Position numbers and translations under genes: made by a program
Notes under the pieces: generated by a model
Told to the model about the DNA's origin: nothing
Databases searched by the model: none
What the model saw: only the letters and a program-made list of their open reading frames with translations
From: Vicugna vicugna
Taxonomy: Eukaryota
Length of the DNA stretch: 64,000 nt
Assembly: GCA_013265495.1 (NCBI GenBank)
Contig: MU057801.1
Coordinates: 2,944,765-3,008,764 of the forward strand
Direction of reading: 5' to 3'
Shown here: one piece after another, positions 11,440 to 27,212 of the stretch
Layout: each line of letters opens with the position of its first letter
How positions within the stretch are numbered: position 1 is the first letter of the stretch

Positions 11440-12156
11440 CTACAAGACACAGGCCAGTGGTTTGCCAGCTGTGGGAGCGCAGGAGGGGCTGTCACAGGTC
11501 TGCCCCCTCTGACAGAGGAGCAGGGCTCCAGGGGGACTCGGGGCCAGAACAAGTCAGGTGGCCTGTTCAGACCCCACGGAGCCCTTGGCAACACTCCTCC
11601 CTGTCCCACCGCCTCAACCTCCCCCACAGCCCGAGCCCAGGATGGTCGTGAGCGGCACGAGGAAAGGCTGGTGGCAGTCCCTTCTGTGCCATTTTTAAAG
11701 ACGGCTCTGAAGCTGCACCGTGACAGCCCCGGTGTCCACCAGGAGGAAGGCAGTGTCTGCAGACTTGGGGACTGGGGGACAGAGGCGCAGGAGGCAGGTG
11801 GGTGTGGGCAGAACCTGCAGCCCTGAGTTAGGAAAGGAGAAGGAAGGCGGAGGCTGGGGGGCCGGGGACATCTCACTGGGTGCAAACGCAGGGAGCGTGA
11901 CAGTCGTGGGATTCTCTTCACGGCCCAGAGGGCCACATTTGCCACAGGCCAGGGCTCCAGGCAGGGGGTGGGGCAATGTGCTTTGGTCTCTGCTGACCCC
12001 ACGGGTGCCCTAGTCCCCAGGGGCGCACTAACCCTCCCTGACCTCGGTGCGGGAGCCCCTCGGCCCCTGTCCTGCTGCCCCCACAGCTGGTGGGGGGTGA
12101 TGTCTCTCCGGGGAAAGGCAGGAGTCTTTCTGTTAGGCTGAGAAGGGGGTCCTCCG

Positions 12157-12518
12157 GTATGTGTGTGTGTCTGCCTCTGTGTGTGTGTGTCTGTATGTGT
12201 GTGTCTGTATGTGTGTGTGTGTGTGTGTGTCTGTGTCTGTTGTGTGTCTGTATGTGTGTGTGTGTCTGTGTGTCTGTCTCTCTGTTGTGTGTCTGTGTGT
12301 GTCTGTGTGTGTGTGTCTGTTTCTCTGTTGTGTGTCTGTATGTGTGTCTGTGTCTGTCTCTCTGTTGTGTGTCTGTATGTGTGTGTGTATGTGTGTCTGT
12401 GAGTGTCTGTGTGTGTGTGTCTGTGTGTATGTCTGTGTGTGGTTATGTGTGTGTCAGTGCGTGTGTGTGTGTGTGTGTATGTGTGGGTGTGTGTGTACGC
12501 ACGCGCGCATGTGTGTGT
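12157..12518. repeat. Compound (TG)n/(TGTC)/(TGTA) microsatellite, ~360 bp
   Basis: Directly visible. Reads CA-rich on the NINL sense strand. Confidence 0.97.
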
Positions 12519-12647
12519 TGACAGAGAGACCTGCCGCTGTCCCTTCCCAACCCCGGAATGCCCACGTAAGGCTCTGGGGAGGGTTAGGTCCTTGACCCGG
12601 AACCTCGCCTCCTCCTTTCGGGCAGGAGGCCCCCCTCTGGCCCGTCA

Positions 12648-13265
<618 letters not shown>

Positions 13266-13532
13266 TCATTTTACCACTACAATGGTTGCTTAACGGGGTT
13301 TCTCAAACCCAGTCTGTCTAGACTGAAGACGACTGAGACTCTTACTTCCGCAGAGCTTGTCCGCATCAACAACTCTGCGGAAGAAACACGCGGCTGGTCC
13401 TGCGTCCACCTCACCTCAGAGCTTCAGGGAAAGAACACAGCGGGGCGGGGGAGCTGTCCCGTAGGGAGACAGCTGGACGGATGTGATTAATCTAACATCT
13501 TGGTGCCAGTTTTAAAAATACAAGTTTGAGGA

Positions 13533-13700
13533 GGGGAGGGTGTAGCTCAAGTGGTGGAGCACATGCTTAGCAGGCACGAGGTCCTGTATTCCATCCCCAG
13601 CACCTCCTCTAAGAAAAAATAAATAAGGAAACCTATTTATCTCACACCAAAAAAAGGAAAAAAGAAAAAAAAGAAATAGAATACTAAATCTTTTTTTAAA
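13533..13700 (+). mobile_element. Camelid-type tRNA-derived SINE with TSD
   Basis: ggggagggtgtagctcaagtggtggagcacatgcttagcaggcacgaggtcctg... plus A tail. TSD aaaaatacaagtttga at 13514 and 13706. Confidence 0.9.
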
Positions 13701-16443
13701 ATTTTAAAAATACAAGTTTGATCACATCACTCCACTCTTCATACATTTTTTAAAGATCCAGCAAACATCCAGCCAAGGGAAAGGGTCAGGAAAACGCAGC
13801 AGACCCACACAGAGGTGCTCCGGGGCCGGCAGCAAGTCTGCGAACACGACACCGCTCCGTAAATAACCACGAGCACGGCAGAGAGAAGCCGGGGCGCACA
13901 GACAGCGTCAGGAACGACGACCTCTGCTTTTCCTCTTCCTTTTCCTTGTGTTTTCTAAATTGTCTACAATGAACACGTATCATCTATTACCTTCGAACGA
14001 GAAACGCCTAACGCAGCCATAAAAACAGTCTCTGGAAATGTACCGACAACGCCCTTTGCTCACAGGGCAAAATCCCAGCGCCTGCCCGGCCCTCAGGCTT
14101 CGTGTGTCCCCAGGCCAGGTTCTCTGAGACTGAGATACAGCCTTCAAGCCCCTTTCTGGGTTCTCTGACCCGGCCTCTACTGGGCGGCTGGGAGAGGCAG
14201 GTCGACCAGTCGAGACCAAAGCAAATTAGTCTCAGCTCCTCGGACTGAAAGCACGCAGCACACGGGCGCGGGGAGGCGGCCGCGCTGGATGCAGAGGAAG
14301 GGCGGCGCGCAGGTCGGGCCGCCTCAAGCCGGGAGCCCGTGCACCCCGCCTGCCCAGGCCTCACCCCAGGGCCCGGGGGGGCCCCGTCCACGGCAGGGAC
14401 GGGGCTGAGCGCAGCCACAGGAACCACAACACAGCCCCTGCCCCGACCTCCACTGACAGCGTCCCCGGGAACCCTGAGCGGCCTCACAGTCCGCTCCGCG
14501 CAGCCGGGGACTGAGGATGGCACCCCCGCGAGCGAGCGGAGCTGCGAGAGCCGCGCCTGGTTCCTGGGCGGGGCGGGGGGGGGCCCTGCCGGGCAGCAGA
14601 GCAGGACAAACCTGGTATTTCCCAGCCACAGCGCCCCTGTGGTTAACGCCGCCCACCACCTGCCCAAGGGTGGGCCCGGGCGCTGGGCGGGCAGGCACGC
14701 CTCACAGCGCTTGTTACCTCAGGTTTGACTGGGAACATTTTTTAAAGTTTGGTGCAGAGTCTTAATTTTTAGCTTCCCTGAAAGTTACTGTGAGGCGGTG
14801 TGGGAGCTGGTGGCAGTGCATGTGCAGGTGTGTGTGTGCACGCCCACGCACACCTCACACCCACACGCACCCGCACACTTGCTCCCACACTCACAGCCCT
14901 TGGTGCCCAGACCCCAACTCTCACACTCCCGTCTCCACGTGGCTCACAGGCAGTGTGGAGTCTGGCTAGTGCCCAGACCAGGGTCTTGGCTGCTGCGTCC
15001 TGCCTTCCCAGCCCCCGGAAGGAAAGGGAGACTCCGGCCTTTGGGAACTCGGACACGAGGCACCACCCCAGGCCTGTGACACATGGGAAGGTGTTGGCCC
15101 CAGGAGGGTCCCTGAAGTCACAGGTCGTGGGGGAGCAGAGCTGCTGACCTAGGATGTGGGTCAGACTCCAGATGACCCCCAAAAGTGACGAGCTCTCTGT
15201 CCCCCAGCCCTGCTCACATGGGGGTTCATTTCCAGAGAGGAGGGAGGGGCATTGCCAGCTGAGTGACTGTGGGCAGTTACTACACTGCTCCAAGCCTCAG
15301 TGTCCTTGGCTGAAAAACAGGAATGGAAAGGCCTATTTGGGGTCTCGGTCAGGCAGTGCCTGGCCTGTAACAGGATCCCTACGGCAAGAGAGCAGTTTCG
15401 CAAGCCAGAAGCCTCTTCCCAGAGGCCAAGACCCCGGCTGCACGGCCAGGGTGCCCGGTGGCTCTGCCCGCTAAACCCCACGGACAGCGCCCCCCAGCAC
15501 CTCTGCTGCAGCCCCTCTGCTCAGGCCATGCTTCAGAGCCCGCAGGCACACTGGGCAGGGGGAAGCCCTCCAGGGCCTGGGACCCTGTCACATCACACTG
15601 TGACACCCACACACCTCACCAATAGGCTGCTGAGGCTTCACCTGAGCAAATGCCCCCGTCGCAGGGGGAACCTGCCTGGGGGCCCAATGTCCAGGTTCGA
15701 GCTCCTGCCACCCCCTTGCCAGCACTGAGGAGGACGGACACCCTGAGTCAGGACAGTTACTGCAGCATCCTTAGCTGTCCTTAAGGGGACCCTCTGGTGA
15801 CCAGAGCTTCCAGAAAGGGACCAGCCTCCGAGCTCTGTTGGGGGGAGCATACCCCTCAGGGTGAGAAAGGCCCCCTCCCAGCTGTAGCCTGGGAGACCGC
15901 AGAGGCTGGACTTCCTCAAATGTTTTGGCTAATGAACCAGTGAAGTGGTTTTGTGTCCCTGGAAAAGAAGGTCAGAAAGCCTTTCCTTTGGTCTGTCCGC
16001 CACCAGCCCGCTGACTCACCAGGAGCCCGCTCAGCCCTCTGCGTGGGCGAGGCCCTCCGTCAGCAGTTTCGGGCTCTGGGCTCCTTTCTGCAGAGCCGAC
16101 AGGAGGCAAGGCCATTCCCTGGGCCTCTCTCAAAGTGTCCACCTGTCTCACTGATCACAGCCATGTACAGAAGACGCAGCTCTGGTGGGACCCACCCCGA
16201 CAGACGGAGCAGAGCAGAGAGGCCAGCAGACACACGGCCAGAAGCCGCACTCCCGTGTGAGGGCAAGACTGCCCCTGAGAGCGCACCCTCTTCTCTCCAA
16301 GGACCTCGGCCAAGTGCACCCTCTAGGCTTCCACTGGCTCGGCCGAGACCAGACAGGAGGACCTCAGCTGGTGGTGGCCACGCCCCCCGCCCGCTCTGGC
16401 CAGGGAGCAGCCGCAGAGCAGGGCCGGGGCCCCGCGGGACCTA

Positions 16444-16899
<456 letters not shown>

Positions 16900-17809
16900 T
16901 CAGCACAGAACAGGGACTGGCTGCCTTCAGGGGACAGGGCTGGCCAGCCATGATCCTGCCTGGCCACTGCCCTGCCACCTGCAGCCTGGCATCCAGGTGC
17001 GTGGGAGGGGGGCCACCTGGAGCAGAAGCGATTCCTGGGGTGTCCCTGGCCCTGTCTGGTCACGCAGGACCCCACTCGAGCTCCGTGCAAACCATCTCTG
17101 GCACCAGCTTCTCTGGTGGCTACTTCTCCCTCTGAAGATGCACTGAGCTACGCCCCCACCCTGGGCACAGTATTTCTCCCCACGTGTGCAGGGCTGCTGC
17201 CCTCAGGACGCTCATCTGGCGGCACCTAACGAGACCCAAAACCCTGGGGGTGGGGACTGCGCTTTTCCGCCAAGCATTCCTGTAACTTCGGGACATCAAT
17301 AAAGCACAAAACCAAACGTTATGCCAATCTGCTGAGCAGACGACGGCCTGAACAGTCAGCTCAACCAGAGCCAAACCCAAAGAACACGGAACGTGTACTC
17401 GGCCCAGTGGCCGCACGGAAGCACCCGCTCCTTCCTGGCCAGCCACCCACCCGGGAGCCCAGCCACCGGGACGGCTTCCCTGCAGGCGGGGCGGCACCAG
17501 GCCGCAAGGTTACTGTCCAATGCAAACCCCTCCCCTTGGAACTTTGTGAGAAGGGACTCAGAAAGGACCCTGATGGGATTTCTAAGTTTCTCACCAAGTC
17601 TGGGGGTTGGCTGGTGACCCCCAAGTTCTGTGGCCACAAACTGATCAGCAGCCACGGGACTGGCCCAGTGGGCGGCCCCACCGCGAGAGCTGCCTACAGG
17701 AGAGCAGGCGGGAAAGGGCGCAGGGCCCCCGCCCCGGGACTGGCCCTTTGGGGTGGGCAAGGAGGCCGGCCTGGCCAGCGGCACCCCACACCCCCACCTG
17801 GGGCTCTTA

Positions 17810-18127
<318 letters not shown>

Positions 18128-20205
18128 TCAGGGTGGGTGTGACCCAGGCTGGACACAGCCCCCGTCCCTGGACAAAGTGACAGACACAGAAGGCGCATGT
18201 CCCAAGCAGAGGCCTCTGGACACTGGTGTGGGGGCTGGAGGAGGGTCCCTGAGACCAACGTCCTCCTCCTCGGACTGACCACGCAGGTGAGCCCCTAATG
18301 TCCTTCCCTCTGCTCACTGGAGTTGGGTTTGTGGCATTCCGGACACAAAGACTCCTGACCAACATGTCTCCGAACTACACGCACAGTCACAGAACGGACC
18401 GGCTCTGTCTGTGGAACACGACCTACCAGCTGAGCACCACCCAGCCTCCAGAGAGCGGCACTGCCCCACCCCGGGATTCGGAAGAGTTGAGAGAACAGGA
18501 AAACCGTGTCACATGGACTTCACCACAGTAAGGAAGAGAGGAGGACACGGGAGCGCTGCCCCCCGGGGGCCCCCCGGAGAACACTTTGGCCACGCCTGCT
18601 CTTCAGGGACGGGTGCTCGCGGCCAGGAGTCACAGACACACGGCGGGGCGGGCGCACAGGAGGGAAAGAACGGGGTGACCTTCCTTTAGCTTGTGAGGAG
18701 GAGACTTGAATCTCCACGTTCCCCATGTCCCTGAAGCACGTGGAGCAACCCAGACGCTGAAGCCATAATGCAAGGGCTGCCTTTCCAGCAGCGAGGCCTC
18801 CAGGCAGAAACAGGTCCCTGCAGCAGCGTCCCGATCAAGAAAGGCCCCGCGCGTCCCGGCAGTCACATCCGTGTGTGACCAGCACAGGCCTGCAAAACCC
18901 CCAGGACAGTGACAGGCAGTGGTGTGGGAGGCAGGAGTCCCCCTTGGCCTCCTGGACAGGGCTCCGGGGAGGCCAGTGCCGGCTGGGAGGGGCTCATCCA
19001 GCCCTGGCTGGGTGGCACGTGCCCACAGCGAGACCCCCGCCCCATCCGTCAGGCCTCTGCAAGACCGCAGGGTGGGCTCCTGGAGACCCTGGGCGAGGAC
19101 CACCCAACTCCTGACCCACAGAAAATGCGTGAGACAGAAACGCCGCGGGTGTCTATGGCACAATCAGCATGCTGTGTTGAGGAGGGTCAGGGCTGCGCTC
19201 CCCCGGGCACCCGGGAGAGGTCACGTCCAGGCCGAGGGCTTCCGACCCGAGGGACAGGCCTCTTTCAGGCAGGTGTGCTGCTGGTGGCCCACAGTTCAAT
19301 CAGTGTCACAGGTGAGCAGTAACGGACCTGCTGTGCTGGGGCACCCGGACCAGGGAGCCACCCTCCATGTCGGGGGACAGACACTTGGGGCTGCGTGAGG
19401 GGCACATACAGTCACACGCTGGGGGCCTTTCCTGGCCCTGGGGTGCTGAGGAGGTCCAGTGACATCGCTGCCCTCAGTTAAATAGAATCAAACCCGAGCA
19501 ATAGGAAATTCCAAGTGGCTAAAGAGAAGGAACTGTTCTTTGACAGCATGAGAGCAACAGAGGGACACAGTGCGACCCTAACTGTGCAGAAGCTCCCGGA
19601 ACGAGAACTTCTAAGCACACGCTTCCTTCTGTGCTGGGAAGAGCCCTCAGGACATCCACCAGGCCCTCAGCCGCCCCCACCCCGGAACCTGGGAGCGAGG
19701 GAGGCAGGCTCTCTCGCTTAGCTTAGTTTCTAGGCTTTTGTTCACAGCAGGAAGTGAAATTGGGAACTCAGCTGACCTGCCCAGCTCGCCACACAGGTCC
19801 GAGCGCCCCTCCCTTGCTGCGCCCGCCCCGCGGACACCTGACTTGCCAGCTGAGCGGAGGCCCCTCCAAAGCCCTGGGGACAGGACTGGCCGGGCAGAGC
19901 ACAGGCCTCCTGGGCCCGACCAGCGGCGGGAGGCCTGGGAGAGCGCAGGGCGGACAGGTCAGCGGGCCGGGCAGGGCCCGGCTCCCCTCGGGCCCGTCCC
20001 TAACCAGCGGGAGCGCTCAGACCTCTGTGACCACGACCAGCGCAGTCCCGGGGGGCTTCCTTCCCTCCTCCGGGGTGCAGATCTGCTCCGGGGTGAATGC
20101 CTGCGACGCTGGAGCCTACTTTCAAATGGATTTGTTTCAAGCTATGGTTTTTCTCTAGTTTTTACTTATTCTGTTTTAGTTAAGATTCGCTGTATTTCAG
20201 TATCA

Positions 20206-20562
<357 letters not shown>

Positions 20563-20949
20563 TCACAGCCTCCCAGACCTCACCGCCCGTGCCTGGCCGG
20601 CGCGGTCTCACCGAGGCCCAAGAACAGCCCTGTTTCCTGCTCAAGGGGACACGGCACCCACACGGTCGGCCGGGATCACGGGCTCTGCAGTGGCGGCCTC
20701 GAGCCCAGGGCTCAGCGCCAGCCACATGAGGCCATGCAGTGGACGCTCCAGTGCCTGCAGGGCCCCGAGTTAATCTCCTCCTGAACCAGTCACAGCCTCC
20801 CCACCTGTCCCTGCAGACCAAGAGTCGTAGGAAAGCCAGACTGCGAAAGAAACCCGAGGTGGGCTTCAGAAGGGGCAGGACGGCCGGAGCGGAGGGCACA
20901 TCTCCTGGGGTTCAGGAACATGAGGCTCGTGGCTGAGTCTCAGGGAGTT

Positions 20950-21203
20950 TTAATTTTTTAGCAACTTTATCGTGGTATGGTTCCTGTACAGTAAACTATA
21001 CATATTTCAGACGTACAACCTGATGAATTTTGAGAGATATAAACACCCACAGTCAAGACAGCTCACATTCCCACCCCCTCAAGAGTTGCGAATTTCAAAC
21101 TCCCGATTTGTCCCTTCCCACCCTTTACCCCCTGGAAACAGTAAGTTTGTTCTGTGTCTGTGAGTCTGTTTCTGCTTTGTAGATAAGTTCATTTGTGTCC
21201 TTT
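20950..21203 (-). mobile_element. L1 3' end, variant-terminus type
   Basis: Minus strand: gacacaaatgaacttatctacaaagcagaaacagactcacagac...gggaagggacaaatcgggagtttgaaatt, then an alternative terminus. Confidence 0.8.
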
Positions 21204-21954
21204 CCAAGCAGTTTTAAGACAAAGGCAAAAAGTCCCTCAGCCAGAAAGCTGACAGCAAGGCCGAGGTGCTGCGGGAACCACAGGGCGAGGCCACCCTCCC
21301 TGCGGGGTCTCCCCGGGAGGACAGGGCCTTTCAGACGTGTGCCTGCTGTCGAGGCCACACCAGGACAGCAGCCCTTCCTCTCTGAGCCCCCTGCAGCCAC
21401 ACCGGAGTCCACACGCACAGGACGCCACAGCGCAGCCTCCTGGGCAGGCAGGTGTCAGCCCCTCCCCCAGTGGTGCCTCCGAACTGGACACAGAACAGGG
21501 GCCGCTGCACGCAGGAGGAGGCCGCCCCACGGGCCTCTGGCGCGACTCGGGGCTGCCCTCACATGACCTGACACCTCCCCTCAGGGCTCTGGTTCCTCCC
21601 GTCTCACGGACTTCAGGCGCTGAAACCTGATTCTCCAATGCGCCGGCCCAGCAGGGAGCAGCAATGTCACTGTTCCAGACACAGGACCCCCAGGGCAACC
21701 GTCCCCGTGGGAGGGGGGGCTGACTCCTGGGACCCAGAAAGACCACACGCACTGAACAAAATCACGTGTAGTGACCACCGAAACCTGCTCTTCCAGCTGG
21801 CATCGGGCAGGATAAAATTCAGGAACATGGCCCGGGGCGCGGGGCACGGACCCGTCAGTGACTCCGCCCTCGCTGCACCCCCACGGAGGTGAGGGGTGCT
21901 CCTGCTGGAACGCAAGGACCCCCACACCGAGACACAGCGAGGAGCTGCCCGGGA

Positions 21955-22050
21955 AGCCTCATTAGACCCCTAGGAGGGGTGGCCACCTTACAGATGAGGG
22001 GCCTGAGGCTCAGAGAAGGCAAGCAGCTCCCCAGTGACACACAGCTCAGC
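21955..22050 (-). mobile_element. MIR core fragment
   Basis: ttacagatgaggggcctgaggctcagagaaggcaagcagctccccagtgacacacagct. Confidence 0.6.
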
Positions 22051-22199
22051 CCCAGGCCGCATGGCCTCTCACCAAACACGCGTGTGTACGTTTCCCAGCC
22101 GACCCTGGGCCCGCTGTGCTGACCATGCAGAGGGGTCAGGCCAGCGGCAGATGCTGAAGGCTGGAGAATGACAGCAGCCATTCCGGGGCCCGAGAGTTA

Positions 22200-22367
<168 letters not shown>

Positions 22368-22603
22368 CTAGGCAAAAGCCCCCAGGCACCTGCTCAGAGC
22401 CCCCCGCCCCCAGCAGCCCCGCCAGCCCCGCCCATGCTGGCCTGTCCAGACACACTATCTGGACCACCCTGGCCTCCGCGCTCTAGCCTGTCCATCCACA
22501 CACCTGGTCAGCTGCCACCCCACTGCAAGGGGCCCCGAGCTTTCTGCCAGGCCGGGACTCCCTGGGTGGTGCGGACAGGTTCGTATGGAGCAGTTCAGGG
22601 TCA

Positions 22604-23260
<657 letters not shown>

Positions 23261-24914
23261 TCAAAGGAGGAATCTAGGTGGTGGGGACACGGCGCTCACA
23301 GCACAGCTCTTCCAACCTCGCTGGGCGCACACACGCACAATGAAACGGGGGAAAGCTGCAGCGCATGGGGAGGGTTTCTGAAGGGAGCTACGAAAGCCAC
23401 ACCAGATGCACTGCTGCTGGTTGGACTTAAAAGAGCAGCCTTAGAAATTAATTTTCAGAAACTTTTCAAACCCACCCGAAGTAAAGAGCACAGCCCAGCA
23501 GAGGCCAGCGGCCCTGCCCCTCGGGCCGCCAGGAGCCCCAGCTCCATCCACCCGGCCTGGTGCTGCCCGAGGGTCTGAAAGCAAACCCCAGCTGTCACGC
23601 CGCCCCCGTGTCTATCGGGCGACCGCTGAGAAGCGTGGACCCCAAGCTACATCTCCCCTGCAAATCAGCAGTGACTGCCCACCCCTCACCCAGCCTTCCT
23701 GCGGGGGCTGGTCTGGGTCCTCACTGCACACGTGGCCACTATTTCTCCCAGTCGTTTAAGCACCTCTCCTGCTCTGTCTGAGAAACTGGACCAGCTGTTC
23801 TGCAGGACGCCCCCAGGCGCTGTGAGTCTGCCCCTCGTGCCCTCCAGCCCTAGAGTCTCCTGTGAACCTGAGCTTTAGCGTCAAAGCCAGTCTGGACTCG
23901 GGCCCAGTGTTATCTGCTTTCTCTTCTTCCGGCAACAACACCCCCGGGCAGGCTGTGCGCTCCACCCCACCTCACACCAGGAGGCACAGGGGTCTCGGGA
24001 TGCAAAGACTCACCAGTGGGTCTAGGTGACAGGTGGCCAGGTGTCTCAACTGGTCCACCTTAGCCGGGTGGCTCACCGAGGTTTCTGAAGCTTTGCCAGA
24101 GAAGCACCTTGTGGAGGAGGCCAGACCTCGGGGTGCCCACGAGTACCCACGAGGAGCTCCCCGTGCAGGCGCCGACTCCCTCCACGCCCCGTCCATGCCG
24201 CCCAGCCCAGCATGGAAGAGGGCCACTCACACGCCATCGGACTGGGCCCTCGGCCTGGGGGCTGGGGCCCTGGGTGGGGAAGCTACCTTGGCGTCACTTT
24301 GATAACCCAACTAACGCTCAGAAGCGCCTCCCCACAGAAGGCCTGGCCTGTGCGCTCATGAGCGATGCTGGGGGTGGGCCACCTCCGAGGTCCCCTCCAG
24401 CTTAGAATGTCTCAAAGTTCTACACAAAAATGGAAAAGCACTTCTGAGACCAGGCTTTGCTTCCCAGGGCCGGCAGAGGAGGTGAATGAGTCCTGTGAGG
24501 TTTGACACGTGAGTGGCAGTTCTCACTTAGATGGGAAGAACTCCAATCTGCTCTGGGCAGAGAGCCTCAAAATCTCTCGGTGAGTGACCTCCCAGGACCA
24601 GAACCACGTCCCACACTCCACTCAGGGTGCAGACAGGGCCTCGTGGGGCAGGGAGGGGCTGCGCTCGGCCCGGCACATCAGGAAGGAGCTGGGGTCTGGC
24701 CGGTCCCTGCAAACCCTGAAACTGCTCTCTTAGTCAGCAGCCCCGCCCGAAGGTCTGACTGCAGGGGCCTTGGCACTGGGCCCCCCAGGAGAAGGGACCA
24801 CCAGGGTCCCCGCCCGCACTGGGCCCTTTCCAGGAAATTTTCCTGGCCGGTGACCCCAGACCAGGAGCCCAGCACTGTTCAGATGGGGACACTGAGCACA
24901 AAGCCAGGCTTCAC

Positions 24915-24981
24915 CTTGAGCTTCAAACACCTCATTCTGAGGCTCCTTCGCACTTTCGGCTTCTTCATCAGACTTGAGACT
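24915..24981 (-). CDS. NINL: NINL exon 5
   Basis: SLKSDEEAESAKEPQNEVFEAQ(G); ctgcag| ... AAG|gtgaag; 67 nt. Confidence 0.93.
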
Positions 24982-25618
24982 CTGCAGAAAGACAGAAAGA
25001 GGATGTGCGTCCCCAGAGGATGGGGCACCGGGAACCAGGAGAACCGTCTGTGGGGCTGACTGGGGAAGGAGGCCAGCCCGCAGGGCTCCCAGCTGAGGCC
25101 TGCGTAGACCAGGTCTGTCTCCAGGCCACACGCCGCGGCCTGGACACGGGCACCTGACGCCTTGATAGGAACCAAAACCATCAGCAACTCTGTGAGAACA
25201 CAGGCAGGTGCTCCCCCCGCACACTCCCAGTCTGCTCCAAATTCCATCACAGGACAGGCTCTCGGGCCAGCCCCTCAACACCCATCTCAGTCGGCAGCAG
25301 GCAAGAGAGCAGGTCTCTGACCCCTAGGTGCTCTGGGGACAGGAGGTGAGCAGCTGAGGCCTTTGTGCCCAAGGGCTGGGCTGCCAAGACTCCAGTGAAA
25401 TCCCATGTTTCTGTGACTGGTCAGTGGACCCCAAAGCTCAAGTCCACTTCTGATTCTGGAAGGAATGCTGGCTTGACCAGCACTCAGCACTTACAGCCAG
25501 CGCTGAACCGGGGGTAGGGACCTGCGGCAGGGTGTGTATGCCCTTTTTCCAATGCATCCAACCTGCTGACAACCCCAAAAGCACACCCCCAGGTCCTAGT
25601 TCTGGGGATCAAAGATCG

Positions 25619-25795
25619 TTTTTTTAACACCTTTATTGTGGTGTGGCTCCTGTGCAGTTAGCTGCACATATTTCAGGTGTACACTCTGATGAATGTTGAC
25701 AGATGCACACACCCATGCAACCACCACCACCACCAAGACAGCTAGCATTTCCATCTCTCCCCAAGAGGTGCAACTTTCGAATTCCCAGTTTATTC
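25619..25795 (-). mobile_element. L1 3' end, variant-terminus type
   Basis: Minus strand: ataaactgggaattcgaaagttgcacctcttggggagagatggaaatgctagctgtc...caccacaataaaggtgtt(A)n. Confidence 0.75.
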
Positions 25796-26302
25796 AAGAA
25801 GCAGAATGGCACCACAGAGATGGCACAGACGCACTGAGACTCCCCATCCTTGGGGCCAAATTTAAAAAGGGAACAAAGAGGCAAAGGCCAGGGATCTGCT
25901 GATGTCACCCAGGTGCAGAGGGTCCCTGGGAGAAGGGACTCCAGGATTTAAATACACATCTGTTTGTTTTGCCTCAATGAACGCTGAAGATACAAACAAT
26001 TAATTTGAGGGCCAGAGCCGTCCTATTAAAGGTAAGTTCCTGGAGAGCCCCATCTGACAAGGATGACACCACAGGTTGGGGGGAAGCCAGGAACCTTCTG
26101 TAACCCTGAAAACAGGTCCAGTGGGCCACGATTAACCCATAAGGTGTGGATCTGCCCCACCGATGACCCTCCACAGTGGGCAGCTCGGGAACCTGGGGCC
26201 CCCGGGGCGGCTGGCACCAGCCGGCCAAGTTGTAGAGGGTGGGCCAGGGTCACTCCAAGTACTGGAGGCAGGGGCCCTGGGCGTGGCACACCTGCTTTGC
26301 TC

Positions 26303-26461
26303 TTTTTTTGGTTTTTCCTTTGTTGTTGTTTTCTTTTGTTTTTGGCAGGGGAGGTTACTAGGTTTATTATTTTTATTTATTTTTTAACAGAGGTCCTGGG
26401 ATTGAATCCAGGACCTCGTGCATGCTAAGCAGGTGCTCCACCACTGAGCTGCACCCTCCCC
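26303..26461 (-). mobile_element. Camelid-type tRNA-derived SINE
   Basis: Minus strand: ggggagggtgcagctcagtggtggagcacctgcttagcatgcacgaggtcctggattcaatccc + tail. Confidence 0.9.
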
Positions 26462-26672
26462 ACCACCAGATTTTTCTACCCTCGGCTGGTTAACCTTCCC
26501 CTCCTGGTAGTGCCGGGGGAGGCTGCAGGGTGAACAGGGGAATCTTCACGGCCCTGTGTCTGAAGGAGGCCAGTTTCCCTGTAGACAGTGAGACCCAGGA
26601 ACACAGTGGAACCTGTTTCCCAAAGGGCCTCTGGCACTGAGCTGCCCCCTCCCATCTTCCTGCATCTCTTTA

Positions 26673-26963
<291 letters not shown>

Positions 26964-27137
26964 TTAAAAACAGCCTCTGGGCCCAGGCACGCGGGTGCAG
27001 ATCCCAGTGCTGAGTGCGGCTCTCACGCGCAGGACGCAGGGAACGGCCACCAGCAGGCTGGTGGGGAAGGCCAGGCTGGGAGGGCTTTCTGTCCTAAATG
27101 CTAGGTGCTGTTCAAACTGTTCCAAGTATGTTTTGCC

Positions 27138-27212
27138 TTTTTTTTTTTTTAATGGAGGCACTGGGGATTGAACCCAGGACCTCATGCACGCGCTCTACCA
27201 CTGATACCCCCA
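27138..27212 (-). mobile_element. Short, internally deleted tRNA-derived SINE
   Basis: Minus strand: ggggtatcagtggtagagcgcgtgcatgaggtcctgggttcaatccccagtgcctccatt(A)n. Confidence 0.8.
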
